DNA of 64,000 nt, taken from assembly GCA_032250835.1 (NCBI GenBank), contig JAVVEA010000002.1, positions 176,415 through 240,414 of the forward strand. The letters are read 5' to 3'. Position 1 is the first letter of the stretch. Every line of letters begins with the position of its first letter. The notes beneath the pieces are model-generated. The model searched no databases. It worked only from the letters and a program-made list of their open reading frames with translations, and had not been told where the DNA came from. This DNA comes from a bacterium. Lineage in GTDB: Bacteria > SAR324 > XYD2-FULL-50-16. Of this stretch, positions 37,512 through 46,885 are shown piece by piece. The translations under genes were made by a program, and so were the position numbers.

Positions 37512-38198
37512 TTAGTCTCGTTGGCCTATTAGGCGCAACAATGACAGAAAAAGGTTTAATACGTCCAGATAGAGCGACAGGGTCGCTGAAATATACTCGT
37601 CGGTGGGGTAGCGGTTTAAGATATTGAAGGTATCGTAAACGATGAACCCACTAAACAAAAAGGCTCCACCCGCAGCGAACAGAAAAGACATGCCACTGGA
37701 CTGGAACAAAAAGAGATTCAGTAATCCGCCCACCACCAGGATGATCAATCCGGTGGTCAACATACCGCCCATAAAGGAGAAATCCTTTTTGCTGGTGATG
37801 GTGTAAACCGAGAGGCCCACGAAAATCAAACCGGTCAGTATCGCCGCGTTGACGATAGACCCGCCGGTGTAGATTAGCAGGATCGGCGCAGTGGTCACCC
37901 CGGTTAGGCTGGTGAAGGTAAACAGGGCCACAAGGCCTAAGGTTTCCTTCTTACGAGCCCAGAAGGTCAAAAAGATGGCACCGATTTCTAGAATGAAAAA
38001 CAGCAGCATGTTGTTGCGCACTGTCATCAAAAAGCCTTCGTTTGTCGCAGTCACCCAGGCGGCACCGGCCGCCATGAACACACTGATCGCCAACAGCCCA
38101 TAGATCTTTCTTAAAAAAGCCATGCGCTCTTCGATCGGGACCAGGGCGGCCACCGGTTGACTGGCGTATGCGTCCGCTTGATACATCGTACTCCTCAT
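37512..38198 (-). CDS. Bax inhibitor-1 / YccA family membrane protein
   Basis: 228 aa, seven transmembrane helices. Characteristic C-terminal region. Confidence 0.8.
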   Translation of the reverse strand: MRSTMYQADAYASQPVAALVPIEERMAFLRKIYGLLAISVFMAAGAAWVTATNEGFLMTVRNNMLLFFILEIGAIFLTFWARKKETLGLVALFTFTSLTGVTTAPILLIYTGGSIVNAAILTGLIFVGLSVYTITSKKDFSFMGGMLTTGLIILVVGGLLNLFLFQSSGMSFLFAAGGAFLFSGFIVYDTFNILNRYPTDEYISATLSLYLDVLNLFLSLLRLIGQRD

Positions 38199-38286
38199 GA
38201 TGAGTTAAAATCCCCCAAGGGTTAGAGACGAGTTCTAAGATACAGTGACTTGGGTAGCTTTGCAAGTAGTGCCGATTACCAGAGAC

Positions 38287-39936
38287 TCAACGGTAGGTGT
38301 AGCTATAGATGCGGTAGCTTGCGTTGGTGGTGCCGTCGGAATTTTGGGTGATCGTTGACGTCAAGAATCCATTGCTATCATAGAGATAGCTGGTAAAGCC
38401 AGCTTCTGTCGGGAAGGCCGGGATGGTCAGGTCGTAGGTCTGGAGCTGGGTGATCTGATGGCTGCTGTTGTAGGTATAACCCAACTTGCTGGTCAAGGTG
38501 AAGGTGCCCGAGGCATAGGTAGCCACCTCGACGCTTGTTTTGTCAAAGTTGGTATCATAGGTGGTGACTGTCCTCCCGCTCGGATCGGTGGAGAGGGTCG
38601 TACCCGAGCAATCGTAGGTAGTCTTGGTGACCCCGTAGAGCGTTGCCCCGGCGGCGCTAGTGTACTGAGTATAACTCATGTCATAGCTGCCCGCAGCGCA
38701 GCTGTCGGCCCCCGAAGAGATGCTGTAGTTACGCACCGTCTCAAGACGGTAGGAGCTATCGTAGGTGTAATCGGTCCGGTAGGTTGCCGTGCCGCTTGAA
38801 TTTTGGACTTCAACCGAAGTGGGGCGTCCACGGCTGTTTCGGGTCGTTACGGTGGAGGTATTTAGAATGGCCACGCCGCTGCTCACCGTATAGACCTTTT
38901 GGGTTGTTAAAAAACCGTCGGTATAGAGGTCTACCGTCTTGGCTGCCAAGGTCTCGGTACCGCCGCTGACGGTGTATTCACTGCTAGTAACGCTGATCGG
39001 CACTCGGGTGGTGATGTCCTCATAATAGCTTTGGACCACCTTTTTGTAGATCGCCGTGGTTTCGTCGGAATACCAAGTTTCGGTAGCCACCACGCTGTCC
39101 GAGGAAATATCGGTGGTGGCGTCGGTATAAGTGCCCAACTGGTGTACATACTTGACGGCGGTGCTACCGTTTTTGGTCCCGAAGCTAGAATAACTAAAAT
39201 CTGCCAAGGTCCCGCTGGAGTTGTAATTACGCTGGGTGGTGGTTTCGACCTCGTTGTTCCCGCTGGTAACTACGCTGATGGTGGTTGCTTGGGAGCCCAG
39301 CGAGGTCAGCGAAGTACCCGAATAGACTGCGTAGGTGCTTTGGTAATAGTCGCTATAAGAGCGGGGGTCGGTGGTGAAGCTGTAGATATAGGTCAGGTCA
39401 AGTACCCCTGCGGTGGTATAGGTCTTATACGAAGCGGCACTGATCAACCCCGTCTGGCTATCGTAGGCGACATTGTAGGTGTCGGGCGTTGAAGAGGTGG
39501 TTACATTCCCGCTAGAGTCATAATCTTCGTAAGTATAACCGGTAATTTCTTTGGGCCGCAGCACCCCGGTATGGACATAATTGCGTGGCCAAGTCCCGTC
39601 GGCAAAGTTGATTAGGTAATAGGACTCGTAGCTGTTGGTCGGTAGCGGTTGGTCCCAAGTGGCACGATAGGTTAAGGCGGTGGTGCCGCTTAAGCTGGCT
39701 TCTTGATTTTCCCAGCCCCAATAGCCCGAATCAAAGGCCTGCGAAGAACTAACTTGAGGGTTGATGGCCCCACCCACGCGGGTCGAGTAGGACCGGTTGA
39801 TCTTGAGGTACTTGGCGTAGGGCAGCAGCAACTCCGAGTTGGCCATGCCCTCTTTAAATTTGTTGTCCGAGCGGCAGGAGGCCAAGGAGGCGAGGCCCAA
39901 GGCGCAGATCAAACTGGTTTTGATGAGGTGCTTCAT
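38287..39936 (-). CDS. Thr/Ser/Tyr-rich lipoprotein with YD (Rhs-type) repeats
   Basis: Lipobox LASC. YD-like repeats (TATYRTDYTYDSSYRLETV, GRTVTTYDTNFDKTSVEV, LGYTYNSSHQITQLQTYD, YLYDSNGFLTST, YRIYSYTY). Composition is heavily T/S/Y/G. Confidence 0.7.
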   Translation of the reverse strand: MKHLIKTSLICALGLASLASCRSDNKFKEGMANSELLLPYAKYLKINRSYSTRVGGAINPQVSSSQAFDSGYWGWENQEASLSGTTALTYRATWDQPLPTNSYESYYLINFADGTWPRNYVHTGVLRPKEITGYTYEDYDSSGNVTTSSTPDTYNVAYDSQTGLISAASYKTYTTAGVLDLTYIYSFTTDPRSYSDYYQSTYAVYSGTSLTSLGSQATTISVVTSGNNEVETTTQRNYNSSGTLADFSYSSFGTKNGSTAVKYVHQLGTYTDATTDISSDSVVATETWYSDETTAIYKKVVQSYYEDITTRVPISVTSSEYTVSGGTETLAAKTVDLYTDGFLTTQKVYTVSSGVAILNTSTVTTRNSRGRPTSVEVQNSSGTATYRTDYTYDSSYRLETVRNYSISSGADSCAAGSYDMSYTQYTSAAGATLYGVTKTTYDCSGTTLSTDPSGRTVTTYDTNFDKTSVEVATYASGTFTLTSKLGYTYNSSHQITQLQTYDLTIPAFPTEAGFTSYLYDSNGFLTSTITQNSDGTTNASYRIYSYTYR

Positions 39937-39943
39937 GGGGGTC

Positions 39944-40528
39944 TTAAAAGGGGATCCTAGCCGCTAATTGTAGTTGGTTCGAGCCGGTGGCCAGTTCGAT
40001 GTCCACAACTTTTTTCGTGCCTGTAGAGGGTACTTTAAAACTCATCCACTGCATTCCGAAGATCAAGCCGTCTAAGTCGTACTGCATCCCGGTGCCGTAT
40101 ACCAAGCCGTACGCCTGACTGTTTTGGTCGCCCACGCCGCTGCCTAGGCTGAGTACAAAGGTTTGGTACGTGATCCCCAGCAGGGTATAAAACCCACCTT
40201 TTTCGGTCAGGTCCCAGCGCCATGCTCCATACCAGGAGGTAGTGGCCAATTGAACAGCCCAGTCAACCTCGTAAAGGTTGTAGTCCATATAAGAGGTGGC
40301 GCTGTTGTAGCCTACCCTTAGTGCCTGCCAGTCAAAGCTGAGGTCTAGAGTCTGAGCCGTGCGGTCAAAGTCTTTTTCTTCTGGTTGGTTGCTGACGCCC
40401 GAGGCGAGACCGATGGACATTTCGGCTTGTTGTGCCCAGGTCGCTTGGGGCAGGCAAAAAATGCCTAGACACAGCAGCAGCGCGGCGAGATACGACCAAG
40501 TTGGAATCGCTGGATTGGGCTTCATCAA
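39944..40528 (-). CDS. Small outer-membrane beta-barrel protein (C-terminal Phe)
   Basis: Signal peptide, alternating amphipathic beta-strands, terminal ARIPF. Lies 7 nt upstream of the lipoprotein gene. Confidence 0.65.
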   Translation of the reverse strand: MMKPNPAIPTWSYLAALLLCLGIFCLPQATWAQQAEMSIGLASGVSNQPEEKDFDRTAQTLDLSFDWQALRVGYNSATSYMDYNLYEVDWAVQLATTSWYGAWRWDLTEKGGFYTLLGITYQTFVLSLGSGVGDQNSQAYGLVYGTGMQYDLDGLIFGMQWMSFKVPSTGTKKVVDIELATGSNQLQLAARIPF

Positions 40529-40745
40529 AGGGCCATCAAGGGTTCAAACCGAAAGGTTCGCAATGCGGCACCGGAGTTTTATCAAAAATATTTTGGCCAA
40601 TCTTAGGCCTACGCCTTGGTCTGTGCAAGGCTCATTCCCAATAGTTTCCAAAGAGTAACTTCTTTGCTCTTCAAGGGAAAGAGGGTTTCCAGGTTGACGG
40701 ACCGGAAGAATAAAGTTACATATGAAACTATAACAAAGGAAACTA

Positions 40746-41180
40746 ATGAGTAGCACCCACCCATCTCTCGGTAGGCAGGTTTATTTAACCTACCGTGCGG
40801 CCCGTAGCCTATTGGAATCTCTATTGGTTGAGGCGGGCTATCCGCTTCCCTTAGAGGCCTTCCAATTGCTCAACCGACTCTTTGAAGCCGAAGGCGGCAC
40901 CCAAAACGAACTGGCCGAGCAGCTCGCTTTTGGCAAGACCGCCCTGACCCGCTTGGTCGATAAATTGGAGGCCGAAGGGTTGGTCGAACGCCGCAGCGAC
41001 ACCCAAGACCGCCGGTCCAAACGCATCTTTTTGACCCCCCAGGGCCGCCAAGCCAAAGGACCCTTGCGCCATGCGGCCGACCGTTCTAGCCAATTGGCCG
41101 GTGCCGGGCTGAGCGACGCAGAACTCAAGGAATTTTTCCGCCTTTTAGACCACATCCGTTCCAATTTGGAGCCTAAATGA
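40746..41180 (+). CDS. MarR family transcriptional regulator
   Basis: 144 aa with a winged helix-turn-helix (LAEQLAFGKTALTRLVDKLEAEGLVERR). Confidence 0.85.
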   Translation: MSSTHPSLGRQVYLTYRAARSLLESLLVEAGYPLPLEAFQLLNRLFEAEGGTQNELAEQLAFGKTALTRLVDKLEAEGLVERRSDTQDRRSKRIFLTPQGRQAKGPLRHAADRSSQLAGAGLSDAELKEFFRLLDHIRSNLEPK

Positions 41181-42328
41181 AAAAGTTGACCCTTTTGCTG
41201 ATCAGCAGCCTCCCGGTCATGGCCGGAGCCATCATTGCCGCCGCCGTGCCGCACCTTGCCGAGGTCTTTGTGCCCTATGGGGGCGATGCGCGCCTGTTGG
41301 CCAAGTTGATGGTCACCCTGCCTGCACTCTTTGTCGCCTTTTTTGCGCCCTTGATGGGCTACCTCTCGGACCGCTATGGCCGTTTGCCGGTTTTGTTGAG
41401 TGGCTTGATGCTCTTTGTGCTCGCCGGGACCAGCGGGCTCTACCTAGTCCACCCCTATGCCCTCTTGACCGGGCGTGCTCTGTTGGGCGTGGGCGTGGCG
41501 GCGATCATGACCACTAGTGTGGCGCTCGCCGGGGACCTCTTCGATGGGGCCGAACGGCAAGCCTTCTTGGGGCAGCAGGGTTCCTTCATGGCCCTGGGCG
41601 GACTGGTCTATTTGACGCTAGGCGGCTGGCTCGCCGACTTCCATTGGCGGCTTCCTTTTATCATCTACTTTATCGCGTTGGTTTTTGTGCTGCTCGCCAA
41701 GTTACACTTCCCTAAGTCTGGCCGCCCGGTAGCACCGCAGACCGACTTGGCCCATGAGGCCGCCGCCATCCCCTGGAAACCCCTTTCGGGGCTTTATAGC
41801 CTATCCTTTTTGTGCATGTTGGCCTTTTATTTGATCCCTATCCAAGCGCCCTTTGTGCTCAAAGAACGCTTCGGGGCCGACGGCTTGGTCATTGGTCTGA
41901 CCATCGGCTTCAGCACGTTCTTCTCGGCGGCCACCGGCTTAGCTTACGGAAAGTTAAAGGCGCGGCTGAGTTATCAGCGCATCCAAGGCTTGGGGTTGGT
42001 GGTGATGGCGCTGGGTTATTATCTCTTCCAGATAGCCCCCAGTCTGCCCTTGGCCATTGCCGCCATGGTCCCGGCGGGCTTAGGGATGGGCGTGACCATC
42101 CCCAACATCAATACTTGGCTGGTCAGCTTCGCCCCCGCCGCCCAGCGCGGACGCATGCTCGGCGGCCTGACCTTCTTTTTCTTTATCGGCATGTTCTTGT
42201 CCCCCGTCGCCAGCAGCCTCCTGCCCAGCGCCCAGGGCGTCTTTTCCGCCGCTTCCTTAGGCCTGCTGCTGTTGGGCCTGTTGTTGCTGGCCCTTTCGCT
42301 GCGCCCGGCTAAGCTGGCGGTGGCCTGA
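41177..42328 (+). CDS. MFS transporter
   Basis: Twelve transmembrane helices, GYLSDRYGR motif. ATGA-coupled to marR. Confidence 0.85.
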   Translation: MKKLTLLLISSLPVMAGAIIAAAVPHLAEVFVPYGGDARLLAKLMVTLPALFVAFFAPLMGYLSDRYGRLPVLLSGLMLFVLAGTSGLYLVHPYALLTGRALLGVGVAAIMTTSVALAGDLFDGAERQAFLGQQGSFMALGGLVYLTLGGWLADFHWRLPFIIYFIALVFVLLAKLHFPKSGRPVAPQTDLAHEAAAIPWKPLSGLYSLSFLCMLAFYLIPIQAPFVLKERFGADGLVIGLTIGFSTFFSAATGLAYGKLKARLSYQRIQGLGLVVMALGYYLFQIAPSLPLAIAAMVPAGLGMGVTIPNINTWLVSFAPAAQRGRMLGGLTFFFFIGMFLSPVASSLLPSAQGVFSAASLGLLLLGLLLLALSLRPAKLAVA

Positions 42329-42485
42329 AGGGGGGGGCGAAACTAGCGGTACACCGCTAGTTAAGTAAATGAGCCGATAAATCCAAAACAAGGGGCCTAT
42401 AAAAACCTAGCCACCCTCTTGGCGGAGTGCGACAAACAGCGGTATGAATGGGTCGTAAGACAACCAGTGCAAAAGTAACCGGAAC

Positions 42486-42914
42486 ATGAGCAAGAAAGAC
42501 ATCCGCTGGATTCAGCGGTTCCGCAATTTTCAAAAAGCATTGAGCCAGCTGGATAAGTTTGTAGCTAAAGGCCAACTCAACGAACTTGAGGCACAAGGCT
42601 TGGTGAAAGCCTTCGAGTACTCCTTTGAATTGGCCTGGAATCTATTGAAGGACTATTTGGAGTATCAAGGCATCAACGGGTTGATTGGATCTCGCGATTC
42701 CATCAAGGAAGGATTTAAACAGAACCTATTGGGCGATACTGAAGCGGCAGGTTTGGTCTGGATGGCGATGATCAAAAGCCGGAATCTTACGGCACATGCC
42801 TATAACGAACAGGTGGTTCTGGAGGTTACGACCTCTATTTTAAAGGACTATTACCCCGCTTTCCAAGCTTTACAAGCGCGCATGGGACCTTTGGCTGAGC
42901 GCGAAGATGGCTGA
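42486..42914 (+). CDS. HEPN-domain toxin (HepT / HI0074-like nucleotidyltransferase substrate-binding protein)
   Basis: Rx4H motif (RNLTAH) near the C-terminus. 142 aa, helical. Confidence 0.75.
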   Translation: MSKKDIRWIQRFRNFQKALSQLDKFVAKGQLNELEAQGLVKAFEYSFELAWNLLKDYLEYQGINGLIGSRDSIKEGFKQNLLGDTEAAGLVWMAMIKSRNLTAHAYNEQVVLEVTTSILKDYYPAFQALQARMGPLAEREDG

Positions 42915-43224
42915 AGCTTTTGGACTCAGCACTTTCGTGATCAATCAAATCCAAAGGGTTTTTGCCCAACACTCTCGGGTTGAGAAAGCGGTGATTTATG
43001 GGTCACGGGCCAAGGGGAACTATAAAACCGGTTCTGATATAGATTTGACGGTATTTGGTGCCCTGGATTTGCACGAATTGATGATGCTTAACGAGGAATT
43101 AGAACAATTACCGATACCCTACCAGTTTGACCTTTCCTTATATGACCGGATCGAAAATCCAGACCTAGTGGATCACATTGACCGGGTAGGGAAGAGTTTT
43201 TACGAAAAAGAGGTATCAAAATAA
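42907..43224 (+). CDS. Minimal nucleotidyltransferase (MNT) antitoxin
   Basis: GSRAKGNYKTGSDIDL, the polymerase-beta-type GSx9-13DxD motif. 8 nt overlap with the HEPN gene. Confidence 0.8.
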   Translation: MAEAFGLSTFVINQIQRVFAQHSRVEKAVIYGSRAKGNYKTGSDIDLTVFGALDLHELMMLNEELEQLPIPYQFDLSLYDRIENPDLVDHIDRVGKSFYEKEVSK

Positions 43225-43404
43225 ACCCTGCTAAGGATTCCTTGCATTCCCCCTTGGTGGCGGCATAGGCGCTACAGAGGGCTTTTGGACCTTGCCAGTA
43301 AATCGAAAGGGCGCTGTCACCTCCCTTTTTTCTCACCTCCCCCCAAAGGTTGGCAAAACCCTTGGACCACGACTTTTATTGACTTCGGCACTTTAGGCCT
43401 CCGG

Positions 43405-44532
43405 CTACTTTTGCAGCAGGTCCGCCAAAAACTTCCCGGTTTTGGCGTAAGCGCCGGGCTCGCCTAGTTTGGTCAACAGTTCTGCCAAGTGATCTTTCTG
43501 GGCCGCGTAGGCTTGGGGGTCGTCTAAGAGGCGCAGGAGGTGCTCGGCCATCCGGTCCGGTTCGGTCTTCGCCTGCACCATCTCGGGTACGGCCTCGCGG
43601 CCTAGGACGATGTTGGGCAGGCCAATGGCCTTGATCCCCAAAAGGTATTTGCCGATGGCGTAGGTGGTGTTGGTGACCTTGTAAAAGATCAACAACGGCG
43701 TCTGTAAGATGGCTGTCTCTAGGGTGGCGGTGCCCGAGGCCACCACCGCCAAGTCCGCCGCCGACACCGCGTCATAGGTGCGGCCTTCAACCAAGCTGAT
43801 GGGCAGGCCCGTTAAGGCAGGCTCGACCTCTGAGCGCTTGACTGTCGAAGCTAAGGGATAAACAAAGCGGATCTCTGGGCGTTCGGTGGTCAGCTTGCGG
43901 GCCACCTCGGCGAGCAAGGGTAGGTGCTTGAGCACCTCGTTGCGGCGCGAGCCGGGCAGTAGGGCCACCAAACGCTGGTCTTCGCTCAGGCCCAATTCAC
44001 GGCGGAAGGCCTCCTTGGGGGTGCTGGGAAAGACAATGTCTAAGAGGGGGTGCCCAAAACAATGGGCGGTGATGCCCTCTTTGGCGAAGAAGTCCACCTC
44101 GAAGGGGAAGAGCACGAGCAGGTGGTCGATCACCTGGCGCATGGTTTTGACCCGCCCCTTCTTCCAGGCCCAAACCTGTGGGGCAACGTAGAAGATGACC
44201 GGAATGCCCCGGGCCTTGGCTTCTTTGGCGAAGCGCAGGTTAAAGCCCGCGTAGTCCACTAAAAAGACGGCATCGGGCCGCTCAGAATCGAGCTTGGCGA
44301 CCATGTCGTTGAAGATGCCTTTGTAATAGGAATAATTACGCAGCACCTCCTTAAAGCCGATCACCGCCATGTCTTCGGCGCGGTAAAAAAGCTTGGTTCC
44401 CGCCTGCTCTAATTGTTGGCCGCCGGTGCCGAATAGCTCTACTTGCGGCATCAGCTTCTTCAACTCGGCGATTACATGCCCGCCGTGCAAATCTCCTGAC
44501 GCCTCTCCGGCAATTACCATCAGCTTAGTCAT
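43405..44532 (-). CDS. lpxB: Lipid-A-disaccharide synthase
   Basis: MVIAGEASGDLHG and DYAGFNLRFAK motifs. Confidence 0.9.
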   Translation of the reverse strand: MTKLMVIAGEASGDLHGGHVIAELKKLMPQVELFGTGGQQLEQAGTKLFYRAEDMAVIGFKEVLRNYSYYKGIFNDMVAKLDSERPDAVFLVDYAGFNLRFAKEAKARGIPVIFYVAPQVWAWKKGRVKTMRQVIDHLLVLFPFEVDFFAKEGITAHCFGHPLLDIVFPSTPKEAFRRELGLSEDQRLVALLPGSRRNEVLKHLPLLAEVARKLTTERPEIRFVYPLASTVKRSEVEPALTGLPISLVEGRTYDAVSAADLAVVASGTATLETAILQTPLLIFYKVTNTTYAIGKYLLGIKAIGLPNIVLGREAVPEMVQAKTEPDRMAEHLLRLLDDPQAYAAQKDHLAELLTKLGEPGAYAKTGKFLADLLQK

Positions 44533-44604
44533 GGGGTCCTTTAGCTAAACCTGCTTGAGCCAGCCAGAAGCGCAACCTCCTCCCGATCCACTGGCCCAAG
44601 CGCA

Positions 44605-45615
44605 TTAGCGGTTGAGTTGGATGGTCACGCCGCCCTTCTCGATACTTTCTTGGGCCGCCGCCAACATGCGCACAATCTCCAAGCCAAAATGGCCGTCTGA
44701 GATCGGTGTCTCGCCCTTTTGGATGCAGTCCACAAAATGTTGGCACTCCAAGCGCAAGGCCTCGACGTTTTCTAACTTAGGCGAGTACACGTCCCCGGTG
44801 CGGTAGCTGATCAGGGCCTTATAGACCTCTTCACGGGTCTGGACGTTGACGCCGGAATCAAAGATTTTGATCTTCTCGACGTTTTCCATGTCGTTGAAAA
44901 GGATCATCTTCTCGCTACCGCCGATCAGGATCTGGCGCACCTTGACCGGGCTGAGCCAGTTCACGTTGAAGTGGGCGATGGTGCTGTCTTCGAAGAAGAC
45001 GCTGACAAAAGCCAAGTTCTCGGGATGCCCCTCGACATGCGCCACACCGTGGGCAGCCACGGCCATAGGTTTTTTGTCGATCACCCGCAACATGATCGAA
45101 AGGTCGTGGGGTGCCAAGTCCCAGATCACGTTCACGTCACTCTGAAACAGCCCCAGGTTCACCCGCATGCTGTCGAAGTAATAAACCTTGCCTAAGGTAC
45201 CCGAATCGACCAGTTCCTTGATCTTACGCACCGCACCGGTGAACAAGAAGGTGTGGTCGGTCATCAAGACTAAGCCTTTCTCTTCGGCGAGCTTGACGAT
45301 CTCTTCACCCGAGGCGACCGAGTCGGTCATGGGTTTTTCGACCAATACATGCTTGCCGGCCAATAAGGCCATTTTGGCCAGCGGGGCGTGGGTCTGCACC
45401 GGGGTGCTGATGGCGACGGCCTCGATGCTGGGGTCGTCTAAGACTTCTTGGTAGTTGGTGGTGGTTTTGCCTACGTTGGGGAACATAGCGCTGACCTTGG
45501 CCAACTGTTTGGGGTCTAAGTCGCAGACATAAGCGACTTCAACTCCAGGGGTCCAAGAGAAGTTGCGGACCAAGTTCGGACCCCAGTAACCATAACCAAT
45601 GACGGCAATTTTCAT
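44605..45615 (-). CDS. Gfo/Idh/MocA family NAD-dependent oxidoreductase (GnnA-like; UDP-GlcNAc 3-dehydrogenase candidate)
   Basis: MKIAVIGYGYWGPNLVRNF Rossmann fold. Located between lpxA and lpxB. Confidence 0.8.
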   Translation of the reverse strand: MKIAVIGYGYWGPNLVRNFSWTPGVEVAYVCDLDPKQLAKVSAMFPNVGKTTTNYQEVLDDPSIEAVAISTPVQTHAPLAKMALLAGKHVLVEKPMTDSVASGEEIVKLAEEKGLVLMTDHTFLFTGAVRKIKELVDSGTLGKVYYFDSMRVNLGLFQSDVNVIWDLAPHDLSIMLRVIDKKPMAVAAHGVAHVEGHPENLAFVSVFFEDSTIAHFNVNWLSPVKVRQILIGGSEKMILFNDMENVEKIKIFDSGVNVQTREEVYKALISYRTGDVYSPKLENVEALRLECQHFVDCIQKGETPISDGHFGLEIVRMLAAAQESIEKGGVTIQLNR

Positions 45616-45620
45616 AGTCT

Positions 45621-46409
45621 TTAGCGGAGGACGCCCCGTTGGGAGCTGTTGACGAAATGGATGAATCGGTCCAGCCGTTCGCTTGGCGGCATTTCGGCGC
45701 TTAAGCGTTCCAGGGCATGGTCCTTGGAGAGGCCCGACAAAAAGAAGATGCGGTAAATGCGGTTGATTTCTTCGAGCGCGTCTTTATCAAAGCCGTTGCG
45801 CTCTAAACCCACAAAGTTTAAACCCGCCACCTTGGCGCGGTTGCCTGCGGCGATTACATAAGGGGCTACATCTTGGGGGATCATCGACTGCCCGCCGGTC
45901 AAGGCGAACTGGCCGACCCGGCAGAACTGGTGCACCGCCGTCATGCCCCCTAAGACCGCATGGTCCCCAATCTCTACATGTCCGCCTAAGGTCGTTCCGT
46001 TGGCCATCACGATGTGAGAGCCCACTTGGCAGTCGTGGGCAATATGGCAATAGGCCATGATCCAGTTGTGGTCACCCACGCGGGTGATCGAACCGCCCGC
46101 TTCGCTGCCCCGGTTGATGGTCACGTGCTCGCGGATCAAGTTGTCTGAGCCCACTTCTAAGTAGCTGATTTCGCCGTGGAATTTTTTGTCTTGGGGTTCT
46201 AGGCCAATGCAGGCAAAGGGGAAGACCCGGGTACGCGGGCCGATCTTACTGGGCCCTTCGACCACCGCGTGGTGTTGGATTTCGCAATCCTCGAAGATTT
46301 CCACATCGGCACCAATGTAGGCATAGGCACCGATACGGGCACGGTCGTGGACCGTTGCACTGGGGTCGATGATCGCGGTGGGGTGGATGACCGCCTGGGG
46401 GTGGATCAT
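45621..46409 (-). CDS. lpxA: UDP-N-acetylglucosamine O-acyltransferase
   Basis: MIHPQAVIHPTAIIDP...hexapeptide repeats...MAYCHIAHDC matches LpxA. The ORF-track N-terminal extension (start 46484) is an artefact. Confidence 0.95.
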   Translation of the reverse strand: MIHPQAVIHPTAIIDPSATVHDRARIGAYAYIGADVEIFEDCEIQHHAVVEGPSKIGPRTRVFPFACIGLEPQDKKFHGEISYLEVGSDNLIREHVTINRGSEAGGSITRVGDHNWIMAYCHIAHDCQVGSHIVMANGTTLGGHVEIGDHAVLGGMTAVHQFCRVGQFALTGGQSMIPQDVAPYVIAAGNRAKVAGLNFVGLERNGFDKDALEEINRIYRIFFLSGLSKDHALERLSAEMPPSERLDRFIHFVNSSQRGVLR

Positions 46410-46419
46410 GGGTCGCCCC

Positions 46420-46866
46420 TTATTGGGGTGCTGGGACGGTGGCCAACTTAAAGTCGGCGCTGGCAACCAGCTTATCGCCCACAAAGGCTTCGCCGCGCAT
46501 AAACCAGATGTTGCGCTTGCGGTTGACGAAGTATGACTTCAAAATCAACTGATCCCCAGGAGTGACGGGTACGCGGAACTTGACGTTGTCAAAACCAGCA
46601 AAGTAGCTCAGGTCTTTTTCGGCGTCAGCATGCAGCGTATACCCGGCGATTCCGGCGCACTGGGCCATGGCTTCTACGATCAAAACGCCCGGAAAGATGG
46701 GCATTTCGGGGAAGTGGCCTTGGAAGATCGCCTCGTTGATGCTGATGTTCTTGATCGCTGTGCAGGATTCCCCCTCCACTAATTCGATCACGCGGTCGAT
46801 CAGCAAAAAGGGATAGCGGTGCTTGAGGCGCTTTCTGATTTCCAGAATATCCAAAACCGATTCCAT
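46420..46866 (-). CDS. fabZ: 3-hydroxyacyl-ACP dehydratase
   Basis: LLIDRV...HFPEMPIFPGVLIVEAMAQ hotdog-fold motif. Confidence 0.95.
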   Translation of the reverse strand: MESVLDILEIRKRLKHRYPFLLIDRVIELVEGESCTAIKNISINEAIFQGHFPEMPIFPGVLIVEAMAQCAGIAGYTLHADAEKDLSYFAGFDNVKFRVPVTPGDQLILKSYFVNRKRNIWFMRGEAFVGDKLVASADFKLATVPAPQ

Positions 46867-46885
46867 GGGCAGGTTCGTAGCGGGG

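Noticed and set aside
41812-42312. 166-aa + strand ORF inside the MFS transporter gene
   Set aside because: Alternative frame of the MFS CDS giving an Arg/Pro/Gly-rich product.
43285-43467. 60-aa ORF in the lpxB / HEPN-MNT convergent gap
   Set aside because: Sits in a region expected to hold both terminators. Low-complexity product (PPP) and no ribosome-binding site.
45621-46484. Long N-terminal extensions suggested by the ORF track for lpxA (to 46484), skp (to 47497), the small OMP (to 55385), the large OMP (to 59379), ribBA (from 30442) and gspJ (from 56388)
   Set aside because: Homology-consistent starts (MIHPQAVIHPTAII for LpxA) and signal peptides place the true starts at internal ATG/GTG/TTG codons. 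The extensions are upstream in-frame read-through.
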